Notes: generated by a model not told the origin, from the sequence alone. Numbered from the stretch's first letter, positions 1-10,419 are shown. The stretch is DNA of 64,000 nt from Nitrospirota bacterium (GCA_963740085.1 CAVUCU010000001.1:512001-576000), one strand, 5' to 3'. Numbers and translations are program-made.

Positions 1-872
1 TGCGGCGGCAGGCGAAAGTGTTTGACCTCGATGCCGGACAACGCTGTTCCAAGCACCCTGATGCGGTCAAGCCGCGTTTCTCCATAACCCGCTGCGACAG
101 CCGCCCTGATAACGGGAAGTTTTTCGGACGCTACGCCCACCACACTGCTGGAAACCACATCCACGGCCACCGGATCCTCACCTGCGATCACGACACCGAT
201 CTGCCGCGGGTCGCCGCTGCCGGGACCGTTCCCTTCCATACCGATGACCGCGTCCATAATAGTCAGGCGCGGCCTGAGCAAGGCACAGAGCTCGATAAGC
301 ATGAGGGCAAAAAGCTCGTGATTCACCCCGGTATTGAAATGCCACTGGACCTTGCGCTTGCCGGGAACGCACCCGAAGAGGTTCTTGACCGCCCCGGTGA
401 GCGTCGTCATGCCGTGGGTCTTGAACTTCGGGAGATTGATGATCGCATCGGCCTCATAGGCCGCCCGGGCGATCTCGAAGCGCTGGAACCTGCCGTGATT
501 CCTGACCTGCACGACCTCGTCCAACTCTACCAGTGTCGCGCCTTCCTCACTCACGACATCAAGGATGCCGGTCTTCTCGCACACCTTCCGGAGATCACCC
601 ATGCCCGGGCTGTCGCCGACCAGTGCCGCACCATCCGCTTCCCTGACAAGCCTGATGACTGCCCGCACGACCTCGGGATGGGTGGTAACGGCCGCCTCGG
701 GAGAACTCGCCTTCAGAAGATTCGGCTTGATGAGCACCCGCTCGCCGGACTTCACGAATGCCCGTATCCCGCCAAGCAGGTCCACTGCCTGCTGTATCGC
801 GGAGAACGTCCCTTCGCGGCCATAATCGGCACATCGTATGATTGAGACAGCAGATGATATCTTGTCAATCAT
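1..872 (-). CDS. DUF362 domain protein (putative Fe-S protein), 3' end runs off the window
   Basis: Not in the ORF track; manual translation from ATG 872 gives MIDKISSAVSIIRCADY...VLIKPNLLKASSPEAAVTTHPEVV...LTIMDAVIGMEGNGPGSGDPR...GEDPVAVD, matching typical DUF362 motifs. Confidence 0.85.
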   Translation of the reverse strand, partial: MIDKISSAVSIIRCADYGREGTFSAIQQAVDLLGGIRAFVKSGERVLIKPNLLKASSPEAAVTTHPEVVRAVIRLVREADGAALVGDSPGMGDLRKVCEKTGILDVVSEEGATLVELDEVVQVRNHGRFQRFEIARAAYEADAIINLPKFKTHGMTTLTGAVKNLFGCVPGKRKVQWHFNTGVNHELFALMLIELCALLRPRLTIMDAVIGMEGNGPGSGDPRQIGVVIAGEDPVAVDVVSSSVVGVASEKLPVIRAAVAAGYGETRLDRIRVLGTALSGIEVKHFRLPP

Positions 873-1058
873 GTGAATTGTCTCAGGTAGTTAGAATGAA
901 CACTGGAATCGCTTATTCACGAAATATGCACGATGTGAATAAATGCAGGACTGCTCACGACCCTATAGACCTGTCCTGTCGGGCCGATAATTTCTAATGC
1001 AATGAGATCCTCTATTGTTTTCCAGCCATGGACGGCATGCAGGCCATTACGGATATCT

Positions 1059-1832
1059 TCACCTGCATCGCAGTATCTCAACCATGAGTCCGTGAATTTT
1101 GCCGTTACTTGCGAGGACCTCGTCATCGTGGATGCTGAATTTCTCGCCGGAGAAATCCGATACCCTGCCTCCTGCCTCACGAACGATGAGGCTCCCTGCC
1201 GCCACGTCCCAGGGTTTGAGTTTGAGTTCCCAGAAACCATCAAATCTTCCGGATGCCACTGAGCACAGGTCGAGGGCTGCGGAGCCGTCGCGGCGCACCT
1301 CCTGGGATGCCATGAGAAGATCGTGGAAGTGATCCAGGTTGTTCTTTTCACTCAGCTTGCGGTCGTAGGGAAATCCCGTGGCAAGAAGACTTTTTATGAG
1401 CGTATCGATGCCGGAGACCTTGATCGGCTTCCCGTTCAAGAAGGCCCCCTTCTCTTTTTGCGCCGTGAACAGCTCATCTCTCATCGGGTCGTACACGACA
1501 CCGAGGACGATCTCATCCTCCTGTTCAAGAGCAATGGAAACGGAAAAACAGGGATAGCCGTGCGCATAGTTTGTGGTACCGTCAAGAGGGTCGATGATCC
1601 AGGTCAAACCGGAACCGTTGAGTATCCTGGTCCCTTCTTCTGCGATGATACCATGGCCGGGGAAGGATTCGAGCAGCGTCTCGACCACCGCCCGCTCAGA
1701 CCTCATGTCCATCTCGGTTACCAGGTTGATATCGCCCTTCAAGGTGATCTCGCGTATTCCGTGGATATTGTCCCTTAAGATCCCGCCGGCCCTGAGCGCC
1801 GCTTCGCTGGCAACTGATAGAACATCCTTCAT
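1059..1832 (-). CDS. suhB: Inositol monophosphatase family protein
   Basis: WIIDPLDGTTNY, GSAALDLC and LKPWDVAAG motifs. Confidence 0.93.
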   Translation of the reverse strand: MKDVLSVASEAALRAGGILRDNIHGIREITLKGDINLVTEMDMRSERAVVETLLESFPGHGIIAEEGTRILNGSGLTWIIDPLDGTTNYAHGYPCFSVSIALEQEDEIVLGVVYDPMRDELFTAQKEKGAFLNGKPIKVSGIDTLIKSLLATGFPYDRKLSEKNNLDHFHDLLMASQEVRRDGSAALDLCSVASGRFDGFWELKLKPWDVAAGSLIVREAGGRVSDFSGEKFSIHDDEVLASNGKIHGLMVEILRCR

Positions 1833-1886
1833 CCGTCCTCCGGAACCATATTAAAAAATGAATGATATGCTTATTGTAACTTTATA

Positions 1887-1917
1887 TTGACAAGAGAATG
1901 AAAGCGAGTTATATACT
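1887..1917 (+). promoter_or_regulatory. Putative sigma70 promoter of the XRE gene
   Basis: TTGACA at 1887-1892 and TATACT at 1912-1917 (long 19-nt spacer), 7 nt before ATG 1925. Confidence 0.45.
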
Positions 1918-1924
1918 TTTTACC

Positions 1925-2182
1925 ATGGCTATGACCCTTGCGGATAAACTCAAAAAGCTGCGGAAGAAAACGAAACTCTCGATGAGCCAGGTGGCGCGTA
2001 TCTCGGAACTCGCGCCGGACCATCGCGGCGGGATCACACAGGGCTATCTCTCCCGTCTGGAATCCGGCAAAGAGAACAACCCGAGCCTTATGAAGCTCAT
2101 GACCTTGTGCAGCATTTACATGGTTAAGCCCAACGACTTATTCGTAAAAAGCAGCTTGAAAAAACCCCGTAAAACCCGATAG
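1925..2182 (+). CDS. XRE-family helix-turn-helix regulator
   Basis: LADKLKKLRKKTKLSMSQVA...ITQGYLSRLESGKENNPSL pattern; start likely 1925 or 1931 rather than 1898. Confidence 0.85.
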   Translation: MAMTLADKLKKLRKKTKLSMSQVARISELAPDHRGGITQGYLSRLESGKENNPSLMKLMTLCSIYMVKPNDLFVKSSLKKPRKTR

Positions 2183-2203
2183 TCACCCCACTCGCGAACA
2201 TTC

Positions 2204-3040
2204 CTATCGTACGCTCCATTTATGCGGCTTATGACAGCTTGTGCAGCCCTTGCTTGTATGGTGAACCTGCTTGAGCAGCAGTACCTCTGAGGTATGGCAT
2301 CGCAGGCAATCCGAGTCGCTCGGTTTAATGCGGGCATGCGGTTTGTGGCACTCATAGCAGTTCAGGCGCGCCATAGGTACCCGGTCAGGGAAGGTCGTCT
2401 TTGATGATTTTCGATGACAGGACAGGCACCGGTCCCGGTCCGGAATGAAGGCTTCCCGTTGCTTCGGTGAGAAGGGATGGCATCTGAGACAGGAGATTTT
2501 CTCCATTCCCACCCCATGAACTTCCCAATTCTTGTGACAGCGAAGACAGGCGGACGTATCGGGCCTGAAGGAATGCACTGTCCGGCTGTGACAATCCTTG
2601 CATGCGAGCTTTTCCATAAAGACGTGCCGCGCATGACCCGTTGACTTATTCACAGCCAGAGATCCCTGGGCAGCCTCATCCCAGTGGCACTTCGTGCAAG
2701 TCCTCCACGGGGTCTCATTCCCGTGCGGTTCAGGCGTTTTCCGGCTCGTCGTAAAAACAAATCTGATCAGCAACGCGTTTTGCTCCAGCATGCCGAGATG
2801 GTGGCATTCCTGACACACGATATTCCGGTGACCCGAGAGCTTCCATGCCTTGTACGCCTCTTCCATGAGATGGCAGCTGCTGCAAAATCCCGGGTCCTTC
2901 TGAATATAGTTGTAGTACCGAACCGCAAGCACGATACCGAGAACCGAAATGGTAAGCATAAGGGAAACAACGATGACCTTTTCCCGCGGGCTGAGGCCCT
3001 TTTCAAGTTTGTCGAATATTTTTGAAATTAGTTTATACAT
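2204..3040 (-). CDS. Membrane-anchored decaheme cytochrome c (NapC/NirT-like N-terminus)
   Basis: One N-terminal hydrophobic helix, then 10 CxxCH motifs; FCSSCHLMEEAYKAWKLSGH resembles the first heme region of NapC/NirT. Confidence 0.9.
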   Translation of the reverse strand: MYKLISKIFDKLEKGLSPREKVIVVSLMLTISVLGIVLAVRYYNYIQKDPGFCSSCHLMEEAYKAWKLSGHRNIVCQECHHLGMLEQNALLIRFVFTTSRKTPEPHGNETPWRTCTKCHWDEAAQGSLAVNKSTGHARHVFMEKLACKDCHSRTVHSFRPDTSACLRCHKNWEVHGVGMEKISCLRCHPFSPKQREAFIPDRDRCLSCHRKSSKTTFPDRVPMARLNCYECHKPHARIKPSDSDCLRCHTSEVLLLKQVHHTSKGCTSCHKPHKWSVR

Positions 3041-3136
3041 AGTAAGATCAGGGGTCAGGATACAGGGTCAGCATCCGGAAGAACTCCATGAATCAGCTCA
3101 GTGTCATCCTCCCGGCTCCTGAATTCCGGCTTCTGA

Positions 3137-4150
3137 CTACGTTATCAAATGTTCCGCGATCTGCACTGCATTCAGCGCCGCACCCTTGCGCAGATTATCC
3201 GATACGATCCACATATTGATGCCGTTCGGGATCGACTCATCAACCCTGATCCTCCCCACATAAACCTCATCCTTGCCGGTCACATCGATCGCCAATGGAT
3301 AGAGGCTCCTCTTCGGGTCGTCGTACACGATAACGCCCGGAGCACCCGAAAGGACGGCCCTAGCTTCGTCGGCCGAGATGGCCTTCACCGTCTCGATGTT
3401 CACCGATTCGGAGTGGCATCGGAACACGGGCACCCGCACGGTCGTGGCCGTCACACGAATGGAATCGTCCTCCATGATCTTCTTCGTCTCGTTCAGCAAC
3501 TTCATCTCTTCTGTGGAATAACCGTTATCGAGAAAAGAACCGATATGCGGAAGGCAGTTGAATGCGATCTGATGGGGATAGACCTTCGTCTCGACATCCC
3601 TGAAGTTCAGGAGTGCCACCGTCTGACCCGCCAGTTCGGCTATGGCATCCTTGCCTGTTCCCGAAACAGCCTGGAACGTTGTAACCACGATGCGCTTGAT
3701 CTTCACGGCGTCATGGATCGGCTTGATAGCCACAACCATGCCGATCGTGGAACAGTTCGGGTTCGCGATGATTCCCGCGTGCCTGGCAATCGTGTGGGCG
3801 TTCACTTCGGGAACCACAAGCGGCACCGTCGGGTCCATGCGAAAAGCGCTCGAGTTATCGATCACTACGGCTCCGGACTTTACGGCCGCCGGAGCGAACT
3901 CCAGGCTTCGCTCGGCGCCTGCCGCGAAGAGCGCGATATCCACGCCCGAGAACGCATCCCTGGTCAATCTCCCGACCACCAGCTTTTTGCCGTTAAACTC
4001 GACCCTTTCGCCTTCGGAACGCTCCGAAGCGAGGGGAATGAGCTCGGAAACGGGGAACGAGCGTTCCTCGAGAATCTCGATCATTTCCCGGCCGACGGCG
4101 CCGGTAGCGCCGGCAACGGCAACAACGTATTTAGCTTTTTTCTTGAGCAT
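3137..4150 (-). CDS. asd: Aspartate-semialdehyde dehydrogenase, short type
   Basis: GATGAVG, DNSSAFRM, ANPNCST and SDNLRKGAALNAVQIAE motifs. Confidence 0.93.
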   Translation of the reverse strand: MLKKKAKYVVAVAGATGAVGREMIEILEERSFPVSELIPLASERSEGERVEFNGKKLVVGRLTRDAFSGVDIALFAAGAERSLEFAPAAVKSGAVVIDNSSAFRMDPTVPLVVPEVNAHTIARHAGIIANPNCSTIGMVVAIKPIHDAVKIKRIVVTTFQAVSGTGKDAIAELAGQTVALLNFRDVETKVYPHQIAFNCLPHIGSFLDNGYSTEEMKLLNETKKIMEDDSIRVTATTVRVPVFRCHSESVNIETVKAISADEARAVLSGAPGVIVYDDPKRSLYPLAIDVTGKDEVYVGRIRVDESIPNGINMWIVSDNLRKGAALNAVQIAEHLIT

Positions 4151-4178
4151 GATTCATTTAACAATAGGAACAAAATTC

Positions 4179-4262
4179 ACCGCGAAGGCGCAAAGGACGC
4201 AAAGGAAAGCTTTACTTTTGTTTAGATCTTTAAAACCTTCGCGCTCTTGGCGCCTTTGCGGT
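4179..4262. repeat. Intergenic palindromic element with 9-bp-period arms
   Basis: ACCGCGAAGGCGCAAAGGACGCAAAGG ... CCTTCGCGCTCTTGGCGCCTTTGCGGT. Confidence 0.8.
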
Positions 4263-4284
4263 TCAAGAACTTAATTTCTTGGTA

Positions 4285-5397
4285 TTATTTTTCCACCACG
4301 ATGCGCAGCATGCGCCTCAGCGGTTCCGCCGCGCCCCAGAGAAGTTGGTCGCCGCAGGTAAAGGCGTTCAGGAACGTCGGGCCCATATTCATCTTGCGTA
4401 ACCGTCCGACCGGCACGGTAAGCGTGCCGGTGATCGCTGCCGGCGTCAGCTCCCGTATGGTTATCTCACGATTATTGGGGACCACCTTGACCCACTTGTT
4501 GTGTTTGGCGATCATGTCCGTGATCTCCGCAAGCGGAACATCCCTGGTCATCTTTATCGTCAATGCCTGGCTGTGACAGCGCATCGCGCCCACGCGCACG
4601 CAGGTGCCGTCGATCAGGATCGGATTGCTTTCTCGGCCCAGGATCTTGTTCGTCTCCGCCTGGCCTTTCCATTCTTCCCTGCTCTGGCCGTTGTCAAGCT
4701 GCTTGTCGATCCAGGGAATGACAGAGCCGGCAAGCGGCACGCCGAAGAACTCTTTCGGATAAGCATCGGAGCGAATGTGGTCGGAGACCGTGCGGTCGAT
4801 CTCGAGGATGGCGCCGGACGGATCGTCAAGCAGGGACTTCACGGTGCCATGGATAGAGCCCATCTGTTTCAGCAACTCGCGCATATTGTTCGCGCCGGCG
4901 CCCGAGGCAGCCTGGTAGGTCATGGCGCTCATCCATTCAACCAATCCTCGCTCAAACAGACCACCCAAAGCCATGAGCATGAGCGACACCGTGCAGTTTC
5001 CGCCGATGTAGTTCTTGATCCCCTTTGCCATGCCGTTCTTGATCACGTTCAGGTTGACCGGATCGAGGATGATAATGGAGTCCTTCTCCATCCGCAGCGC
5101 TGATGCGGCGTCGATCCAGTAACCCTTCCAGCCTCCGCCCCGCAGTTTTGGATAGATCTCATTGGTGTAATCTCCGCCCTGGCACGAGACAATGACATCC
5201 ATCGCCTTCAATTCATCGTCGCTCTTCGCATCCTTGAGCGTTGGAACGTCCCTGCCGATGTTCGGCCCCTTGCCTCCAACGTTCGACGTGGTGAAGAAAA
5301 CCGGATCGATAAGATTGAAATCCTTTTCCTCGTTCATGCGGCCCATGAGCACGGAGCCCACCATCCCGCGCCAACCAATAAAACCTACTTTTATCAT
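4285..5397 (-). CDS. asd: Aspartate-semialdehyde dehydrogenase, long E. coli-like type
   Basis: [32 protein letters not shown] and [16 protein letters not shown] motifs. Confidence 0.95.
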   Translation of the reverse strand: MIKVGFIGWRGMVGSVLMGRMNEEKDFNLIDPVFFTTSNVGGKGPNIGRDVPTLKDAKSDDELKAMDVIVSCQGGDYTNEIYPKLRGGGWKGYWIDAASALRMEKDSIIILDPVNLNVIKNGMAKGIKNYIGGNCTVSLMLMALGGLFERGLVEWMSAMTYQAASGAGANNMRELLKQMGSIHGTVKSLLDDPSGAILEIDRTVSDHIRSDAYPKEFFGVPLAGSVIPWIDKQLDNGQSREEWKGQAETNKILGRESNPILIDGTCVRVGAMRCHSQALTIKMTRDVPLAEITDMIAKHNKWVKVVPNNREITIRELTPAAITGTLTVPVGRLRKMNMGPTFLNAFTCGDQLLWGAAEPLRRMLRIVVEK

Positions 5398-5459
5398 TGC
5401 TTTGCTCCTGCTTTATGTTATTCTAATTTGTACTCTGAACTCCGTACTCTGAACTATTA

Positions 5460-6536
5460 TTACACCATCCCCGCTACCATATCCCCCACTTCCGTGGTCG
5501 AGTATCCCATCTTCCCGGCGGCCTGGCTCTTCATCTTTTTCATGACCGCGATCATGGCCGCCTCGATCGTCTGCGATGACTTCGTTTCCCCGAGCGAATC
5601 AAGCATCATCATCGCTGCGCCGATGGCCGCCATGGGATTGATCGCATTTTGTCCCGCATACTTCGGCGCGCTGCCGCCCATGGGCTCGAACATCGAAACG
5701 CCTTCCGGGTTGATGTTGCCGCCCGATGCCACGCCGAGACCTCCCTGGATCATTGCGCCCAGATCGGTGATAATGTCGCCGAACAGGTTCTCCGTGACAG
5801 CCACGTCGAACCATTCGGGGTTCTTCACGAACCACATGTTCGCAGCATCGACGTGGTTATAGTCGCGTTTAAGTTCGGGGTAGTGTTTTGCGCCCATCTC
5901 CTCGAACGCACGATACCAGAGATCCCCGCAATGGGTCAAAACGTTCCGTTTATGGATCAGCGTGATCGGCTTTGCCGCGTATCTCGGATTCTGTGCGTTC
6001 CGCTTCTTCTTCAGCTCAAAGGCATACTTCAGACAACGATCCACGGTGCGGCGATCGTATATCATCAGCTGTGTGGCGATCTCCTCGGATGTGCCCACGC
6101 GCGTTGCTCCACCATGGCCCGTATAGATGCCGCCGGTGTTCTCACGGATTACGACGAAATCGATGTCCTCGGGGCCCTTGTCCTTGAGCGGGGTCTCCAC
6201 GTTGGGATAGAGCTTCACCGGCCTGAGATTGATGTACTGGTCCAGGGCAAAGCGTATCTTGAGCAGGATCCCCGCCTCGAGGATGCCGGGTTTTACATCG
6301 GGATGCCCGATAGCTCCCAGGAACATCGAATCGAATTTTTTGAACTCAGTGATCGCGCTGTCAGGAAGCGTTTCTCCGGTCTTCAGATACCGCGCTGCGC
6401 CGAAATCGAACGAGGTGAAATCGATCTTGAATCCGCCCTTTGCAGCGGCGGCATTGACGACCTTTATCGCTTCCTGAACGACCTCGGGCCCGGTTCCGTC
6501 GCCGGGGATCAATGCGATCTTGTAGGTCTTTGCCAT
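5460..6536 (-). CDS. leuB: 3-isopropylmalate dehydrogenase
   Basis: [25 protein letters not shown] and FEPMGGSAP motifs; lies in the leu cluster. Confidence 0.92.
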   Translation of the reverse strand: MAKTYKIALIPGDGTGPEVVQEAIKVVNAAAAKGGFKIDFTSFDFGAARYLKTGETLPDSAITEFKKFDSMFLGAIGHPDVKPGILEAGILLKIRFALDQYINLRPVKLYPNVETPLKDKGPEDIDFVVIRENTGGIYTGHGGATRVGTSEEIATQLMIYDRRTVDRCLKYAFELKKKRNAQNPRYAAKPITLIHKRNVLTHCGDLWYRAFEEMGAKHYPELKRDYNHVDAANMWFVKNPEWFDVAVTENLFGDIITDLGAMIQGGLGVASGGNINPEGVSMFEPMGGSAPKYAGQNAINPMAAIGAAMMMLDSLGETKSSQTIEAAMIAVMKKMKSQAAGKMGYSTTEVGDMVAGMV

Positions 6537-6640
6537 GAGTAATGATTCCTCTCGATAAAATGCGAATCAACACATTGAGGACGAAATCGGGAAATCGAAC
6601 GATGAGATGGGGAAATAATGTATGAAAATAATTGTTCAAC

Positions 6641-6883
6641 TCATCGTTTCTCGCCTTTTGAACATGCCCTTATCTCCGAATTTAGGAATTGATCTTTATG
6701 CTTTTTTCTCGCGCTGCAGTTATTCGTCCGCATCTCGGTACACTTGTCGTCACCAGGAGTAAAATCCAGTCCGCAAGAATGCCATGAAGGTCCGCTTGAG
6801 GAGGAATAGGATGGATCGAGGTTCCCGTTGAAATATACGCATTGCGCACAGAGTGAATTCGAATGCGCCTGAAGTGCTTTCAT
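6641..6883 (-). CDS. Small Cys-rich hypothetical protein
   Basis: ORF between leuD and leuB with CxxC plus further Cys; start uncertain (6883 or 6904). Confidence 0.45.
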   Translation of the reverse strand: MKALQAHSNSLCAQCVYFNGNLDPSYSSSSGPSWHSCGLDFTPGDDKCTEMRTNNCSARKKHKDQFLNSEIRACSKGEKR

Positions 6884-6904
6884 CAGTTTAAAACACGCTG
6901 TCAT

Positions 6905-7402
6905 CTACAGCCCTGCCTTCTTCTTCGTATATGCCATCAGTCCGCCGGCCGCAATGAGTTCTTGCATAAAGGGCGGCACCGGCGCGACCGTGAATGTTTT
7001 ATTCGACGTAAGATTGCGGATCACACCCGCATCCGCATCCACCTCGACCATATCTCCCTCTTTGATGCCGTCAACGGCCTGGGCGCTCTCGAAGATCGGC
7101 AGCCCCATATTGAAGCAGTTCCGGTAAAAGATCCGCGCGAAGCTCTTTGCGACAACGCAGGACACGCCGGCAGCCTTGATGGCGATCGGCGCATGCTCGC
7201 GGGACGACCCGCACCCGAAGTTCTTCTCCGCAACGATGATATCGCCGCGCTTCATCTTCTTCATGAAGTCGGGGTTCATCGAATCCTCCATGCAATGCTT
7301 CGCCAGTTCATCGGGATCGGACGTATTCAAATACCGGGCCGGGACGATCGCATCTGTGTCAATATCCGCGCCGAATTTCCATGCTGTGCCTTTGAATTTC
7401 AT
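6905..7402 (-). CDS. leuD: 3-isopropylmalate dehydratase small subunit
   Basis: DIDTDAIVP, NFGCGSSREHAP and SFARIFYRN motifs; GGGAG SD before ATG 7402. Confidence 0.95.
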   Translation of the reverse strand: MKFKGTAWKFGADIDTDAIVPARYLNTSDPDELAKHCMEDSMNPDFMKKMKRGDIIVAEKNFGCGSSREHAPIAIKAAGVSCVVAKSFARIFYRNCFNMGLPIFESAQAVDGIKEGDMVEVDADAGVIRNLTSNKTFTVAPVPPFMQELIAAGGLMAYTKKKAGL

Positions 7403-7419
7403 CTCACTCCCCATGCTTT

Positions 7420-7501
7420 GACACTGATGTACACTGATTTATTATGAAGGTTCATGATTTATCAGCGCCTATCATAGCCTTTATCCGTGTCCATCCGTGT
7501 C
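7420..7501. repeat. Intergenic palindromic element
   Basis: GACACTGATGTACACTGAT ... ATCCGTGTCCATCCGTGTC imperfect inverted arms. Confidence 0.65.
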
Positions 7502-7540
7502 TAAAAAAGGTTTTTCCGTGTCACCATGGTAAAAAAGCTT

Positions 7541-8803
7541 TTACTTCAGCTCTTCCGGTCTTCCGATCCTTCCGAGCACCGCGGATGCAGCCGCGATCGC
7601 GGGGTTGGAGAGATAGACCTCGCTCTTGGGATGCCCCATCCTGCCGACGAAGTTCCGGTTCGTCGTGGAAATGGCGCGTTCTCCCGAGGCAAGGATACCC
7701 ATGTGACCGCCGAGGCAGGGACCGCAGGTCGGCGTGCTGAATGCGGCTCCCGCGTCGATGAAAACGTCCACGAGTCCTTCCTTGATGGACTGTTTGTATA
7801 CAGCCTGGGTCGCGGGGATCACGATCATCCTGACATAGGGGTGCACTTTATGCCCTTTGATGACCCTGGCTGCCTCCCGGATGTCCTCGATCCGACCATT
7901 CGTGCAGGAACCGACCACGGACTGGTCGATGTTGATTGCTGCAAGCTGGCTCACCGGTTTCACGTTCTCGGGAAGGTGCGGGCAGGCGACCTGCGGCTCC
8001 ATTCCGGTCAGGTCGTATTCGCGAACTTCCATATAGTTCGCCTTCCTGTCGCTCTTGAAGAACTTATACTTCCTCCGGGCGCGCTTCGCCACATACTTCT
8101 CGGTAATTTCATCCGGTTCGATGATGCCGTTCTTGCCTCCAGCCTCGATGGCCATGTTGCAGATCGTCAAACGGCCGCTCATCGGGAGCTTCTTGATCAC
8201 TTCGCCGGTAAACTCCATGGCGCGGTAAAGAGCGCCGTCCACACCGATATCGCCGATGGTGCGGAGAATGATGTCCTTGCCGCCCACCCACCTGCCAAGC
8301 CTGCCCGTATAGACGAACTTCATGCTCTCCGGCACTTTGAACCAGGCCTCGCCGGTGATCATGGCCGCTGCCACGTCGGTGCTGCCGACGCCGGTCGAAA
8401 ACGCGCCCAGTCCGCCGTAGGTACAGGTGTGGCTGTCGGCGCCGATGATCACGTCGCCGGGAACCACGATGCCCTGCTCCGGAAGGAGCGCATGCTCGAT
8501 GCCCATCCTGCCAACCTCGAAATAGAGAGAGAGGTCATGCTCGCGCGAGAATTGCCGGAGCATGCTGCATTGTTCAGCGGATGCAATGTCCTTGTTCGGC
8601 GCAAAGTGGTCGGGTATGAGCGCGATGCGATCAGGATCGAAGACCTTCTTCGCTCCTGCTGCGCGGAACTCCTTGATCGCGATCGGTGCAGTGATGTCGT
8701 TCGCGAGCACCAGATCCAGCTTCGCATTGATCAGTTCGCCGGGCTTCACTTCTTTTTTGCCGCAGTGCGCGGCCAGTATCTTTTCTGTAATTGTCATCGG
8801 CAT
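7541..8803 (-). CDS. leuC: 3-isopropylmalate dehydratase large subunit
   Basis: [23 protein letters not shown] and [11 protein letters not shown] motifs. Confidence 0.95.
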   Translation of the reverse strand: MPMTITEKILAAHCGKKEVKPGELINAKLDLVLANDITAPIAIKEFRAAGAKKVFDPDRIALIPDHFAPNKDIASAEQCSMLRQFSREHDLSLYFEVGRMGIEHALLPEQGIVVPGDVIIGADSHTCTYGGLGAFSTGVGSTDVAAAMITGEAWFKVPESMKFVYTGRLGRWVGGKDIILRTIGDIGVDGALYRAMEFTGEVIKKLPMSGRLTICNMAIEAGGKNGIIEPDEITEKYVAKRARRKYKFFKSDRKANYMEVREYDLTGMEPQVACPHLPENVKPVSQLAAINIDQSVVGSCTNGRIEDIREAARVIKGHKVHPYVRMIVIPATQAVYKQSIKEGLVDVFIDAGAAFSTPTCGPCLGGHMGILASGERAISTTNRNFVGRMGHPKSEVYLSNPAIAAASAVLGRIGRPEELK

Positions 8804-8811
8804 AGTGTGTG

Positions 8812-8840
8812 AATATACAATATCTTAGAATTCGTTGCAA
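8812..8840 (-). promoter_or_regulatory. Sigma70-like promoter of leuC (probably leaderless)
   Basis: TTGCAA-17nt-TATATT ending 8 nt before the ATG; no SD. Confidence 0.55.
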
Positions 8841-8999
8841 CTTTTTTTTCTGAGGTTTTTCAGGGAGGAAAGCGTGAAAGATCGCAGGATTTTGGAGCGC
8901 AAGGGGATTCGAGGGATTCGCCTGTCATCCATGAAATAAGAAATGAAAAAATGCTTTGTCGAACCCAAAATGTAACCCTATCGCGAACCAAAAGGCGTC

Positions 9000-9103
9000 T
9001 CTCGCAGAGCACGCGGAGCACGCAGAATGTAATCAAAATCTTTAGTCTTGGATTTAACCCGAACTTTCAAGCTTTTCTCTGCGATCTCTGCGCCTCTGCG
9101 AGA
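9000..9103. repeat. MITE/REP-like palindromic element, copy 1 (copy 2 at 23699-23807)
   Basis: TCTCGCAGAGCACGCGGAGCACGCAGA ... TCTGCGATCTCTGCGCCTCTGCGAGA; internal spacer also similar to copy 2. Confidence 0.85.
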
Positions 9104-9284
9104 AATAAAACTTGCCGTTTTGAGTAGAATTTGATTCTTAACATATTATCTTATGCCTCTCCGGTTTAGACACCCCGATGTTTTTTAAATGACCAGACTG
9201 CTTGATTTGGTGATATACTCGTCCATCGTAAATTTATCGGAGAAGAGATATGTTTGATTCAGCTAGAGATGGGATGTAAAGAAG

Positions 9285-9626
9285 ATGACACCAATAGAAG
9301 AAAGAGATAAGGCTTTATCAGTAATTGACCCATTTATGCTCGAAATTTCCCTGGTCTACAGAGAATGCTATTTATCAGAAGGGAAAGGTGCGCTTCTTGT
9401 TTATGCGGATTCTGTAATAAATGGCAACCTTCCCGCTGAGGGCGATTACACAACTAAAAACGATGTTCTTGAAATAATTGATGGCAGTGACTCTAAAGCC
9501 AGCCTCGCTGCGCTTTTAAGCACATACGACCCCCATACTGAAGGGATATTGGTTTTAGTTCCGAGCATTAATAATGCGCCATTTCTTATTACCGTCAAGT
9601 TGAAATCGCGGAGCACGGCAGACTGA
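9285..9626 (+). CDS. Hypothetical protein
   Basis: 113-aa ORF in an AT-rich patch with protein-like composition; no motif recognised. Confidence 0.6.
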   Translation: MTPIEERDKALSVIDPFMLEISLVYRECYLSEGKGALLVYADSVINGNLPAEGDYTTKNDVLEIIDGSDSKASLAALLSTYDPHTEGILVLVPSINNAPFLITVKLKSRSTAD

Positions 9627-9721
9627 GCGCAAGAGGAATAGTCACAACGTGGATGAATGAGCTGAACCTGCCGCCCAATCAAGCTATGCACCGTAAGAAC
9701 CAGCGTCCCCTAAGTTGTTCT

Positions 9722-10021
9722 CTAAGAGGCTCCCAACTGCAGTACCACCGGCCCCTTCGTGCGTCCTTTCTTACTTGGTACTTTTTTTAACTTACCGGCG
9801 GTAATAATTGCCAAATCTTCGATAGTCGATTCTCGTCTGGCAACAATAGCAGCTTGATCGCTCGTTGATATCTGTTTCAGCTTCTGGATCAACTCACGCG
9901 CCTGTTGTATCTGCTCCATGGATTCAGACATAGATTTATTTTGAATCGACAATTTCGTCCCATCAATTAAAGAATCTATGGCAACCCTCGTCCGTAAGAA
10001 ATTTTGCATAGTAATACCCAT
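9722..10021 (-). CDS. Hypothetical helical protein with basic C-terminus
   Basis: Strong AAGGAGG SD before ATG 10021 (MGITMQNFL...). Confidence 0.6.
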   Translation of the reverse strand: MGITMQNFLRTRVAIDSLIDGTKLSIQNKSMSESMEQIQQARELIQKLKQISTSDQAAIVARRESTIEDLAIITAGKLKKVPSKKGRTKGPVVLQLGAS

Positions 10022-10149
10022 GCCTCCTTTTAAAAGTGTAGCGCTCTTTATTGTAAGGCATCTTCCTGATAAAAGCGCTAAAAAAGAACGAAGACTAGGA
10101 TTTAAAACCCTCAGAGGTTCCCAATTCGACGATTTCTGCCGCATCAGGG

Positions 10150-10221
10150 AAAAGCAGAATTGTTGTACAGCTTGACCGGGAGAGTCGTGGCGACAAATCT
10201 ATCACGGTTATAGAGGTTCTT
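10150..10221 (+). pseudogene. Possible remnant of a SUI1/YciH translation-factor gene
   Basis: Translates KSRIVVQLDRESRGDKSITVIEVL, resembling the YciH motif VRLxRKGRGGKxVTVIEGL; no start or C-terminus. Confidence 0.4.
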
Positions 10222-10251
10222 CGGCTTTGGTTGAAGAGAGTGAGGCTCAGA

Positions 10252-10317
10252 GGGACGTTGTTGTTGAAAGTGCACTACGAAAAGCGTACATCAACGCAAC
10301 GGGTGCAACAACGTCCC
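10252..10317. repeat. REP-like inverted repeat
   Basis: GGGACGTTGTTG ... CAACAACGTCCC, perfect 12-bp arms. Confidence 0.7.
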
Positions 10318-10334
10318 CTAGATGCCTCCTGCTT

Positions 10335-10398
10335 TCATTGCTTCAAACAAAAAGGCCCCACAAAGGGGGCCTTTCATAATTATTCAACTTTTCGATAG
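10335..10398. repeat. 64-bp direct repeat, copy A (duplicate of the leuA terminator region)
   Basis: 58 of 64 nt identical to 12224-12287 by manual alignment. Confidence 0.9.
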
Positions 10399-10419
10399 AG
10401 AATAATTGGAGGAATAATT

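Noticed and set aside
18-845. 275-aa plus-strand ORF
   Set aside because: Antisense shadow of the DUF362 gene, which has recognisable motifs on the minus strand
8893-8912. Minus-strand TCGAATCCCCTTGCGCTCCA resembling a tRNA 3' end at the edge of the accessory patch
   Set aside because: Too short, acceptor-stem spacing is off, and there is no matching tRNA or integrase in the window
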